A stretch of DNA of 35,793 bases from Octopus bimaculoides. Taxonomy: Eukaryota. Below, one piece after another: positions 35,202 to 35,793 of the stretch. A program made the translations under genes and the position numbers. Location of the stretch: the NCBI RefSeq assembly GCF_001194135.2, contig NC_069005.1:9350132-9385924 (forward strand), given 5' to 3'. Below the pieces are notes generated by a model. It had not been told where the DNA came from. It made no database searches and saw only the letters and a list, made by a program, of their open reading frames with translations. Position 1 is the stretch's first letter; each line of letters begins with the position of its first letter.

Positions 35202-35675
35202 TATATATATATATATCTGGAATTATCCAGTAATTTTTGCTAGTTTATTTTGTCTCTTCGTCTTCTCACCTGGTGCTATAATGAACATTTATTGTGGTTT
35301 TAGAGTCAAGATTTGGCTGCTGTTTTCAGCGTGTCAGTATCTCTTAGATACCCTAAATTACAATTTTAAATAATTATTACCGTTGATGGTTTTTATTCCC
35401 ATGCTGGCCACTTGATAAAATCGATATTTAAATATTGATCTTATCCTTATTTATATAAATTCATTCACACACACACACACACACACACATATAATAATAA
35501 TAATACAAATGATATATGATATTTGATATATGCATATTTACATACATATATGCACATACCTACAACTACATGTATATATATAGATGCATATCTGGGTACA
35601 GGACGTCAAAAAAGGAACGGGAACATAAACAAAGCACAAAAAACGGACTTCTTTTTACGGACAACAGAATGAACA

Positions 35676-35714
<39 letters not shown>

Positions 35715-35793
35715 GGAGTAAGCACATAAAATGTGCAGCAAGGTGGAAAAAAGAGTACTCAAATACCAGAGGTAGAGTAATATGCTTTATTTA

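Noticed and set aside
35590-35793. Sequence at the window end resembling further interspersed repeats
   Set aside because: It occurs once in the window and is truncated, so no diagnostic feature is visible here.

Overview
Eukaryotic (metazoan) genomic DNA from a gappy short-read assembly, with 12 N-runs totalling about 5.7 kb. It is dominated by (TA)n, (CA)n, (GA)n, (GAT/GGT)n and (AAT)n microsatellites and by interspersed repeats. The repeat families match my recollection of octopus (coleoid cephalopod) repeats; this is an inference, not a database result. Almost every ORF in the six-frame track is a microsatellite or N-gap artefact, and no gene can be named. Supported content: (i) many copies of at least three tRNA-derived SINE families and LINE-type 3' tails; (ii) a Penelope-like element remnant with a GIY-YIG endonuclease C-terminus, an inverted 3'-end segment and a decayed hammerhead ribozyme (22.2-22.7 kb); (iii) three copies of a second short repeat carrying a minimal type-I hammerhead fold with a non-canonical core (6.7, 17.0, 17.7 kb); (iv) a Tc1/mariner (pogo/Tigger-like) MITE, a mariner stub and a ~200-bp foldback element; (v) several modular minisatellites; (vi) a few unique islands that could be exons, none identifiable. 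The most promising lead is the family of hammerhead-like motifs with an unusual CUG(U/C)(U/C)GA-A core.
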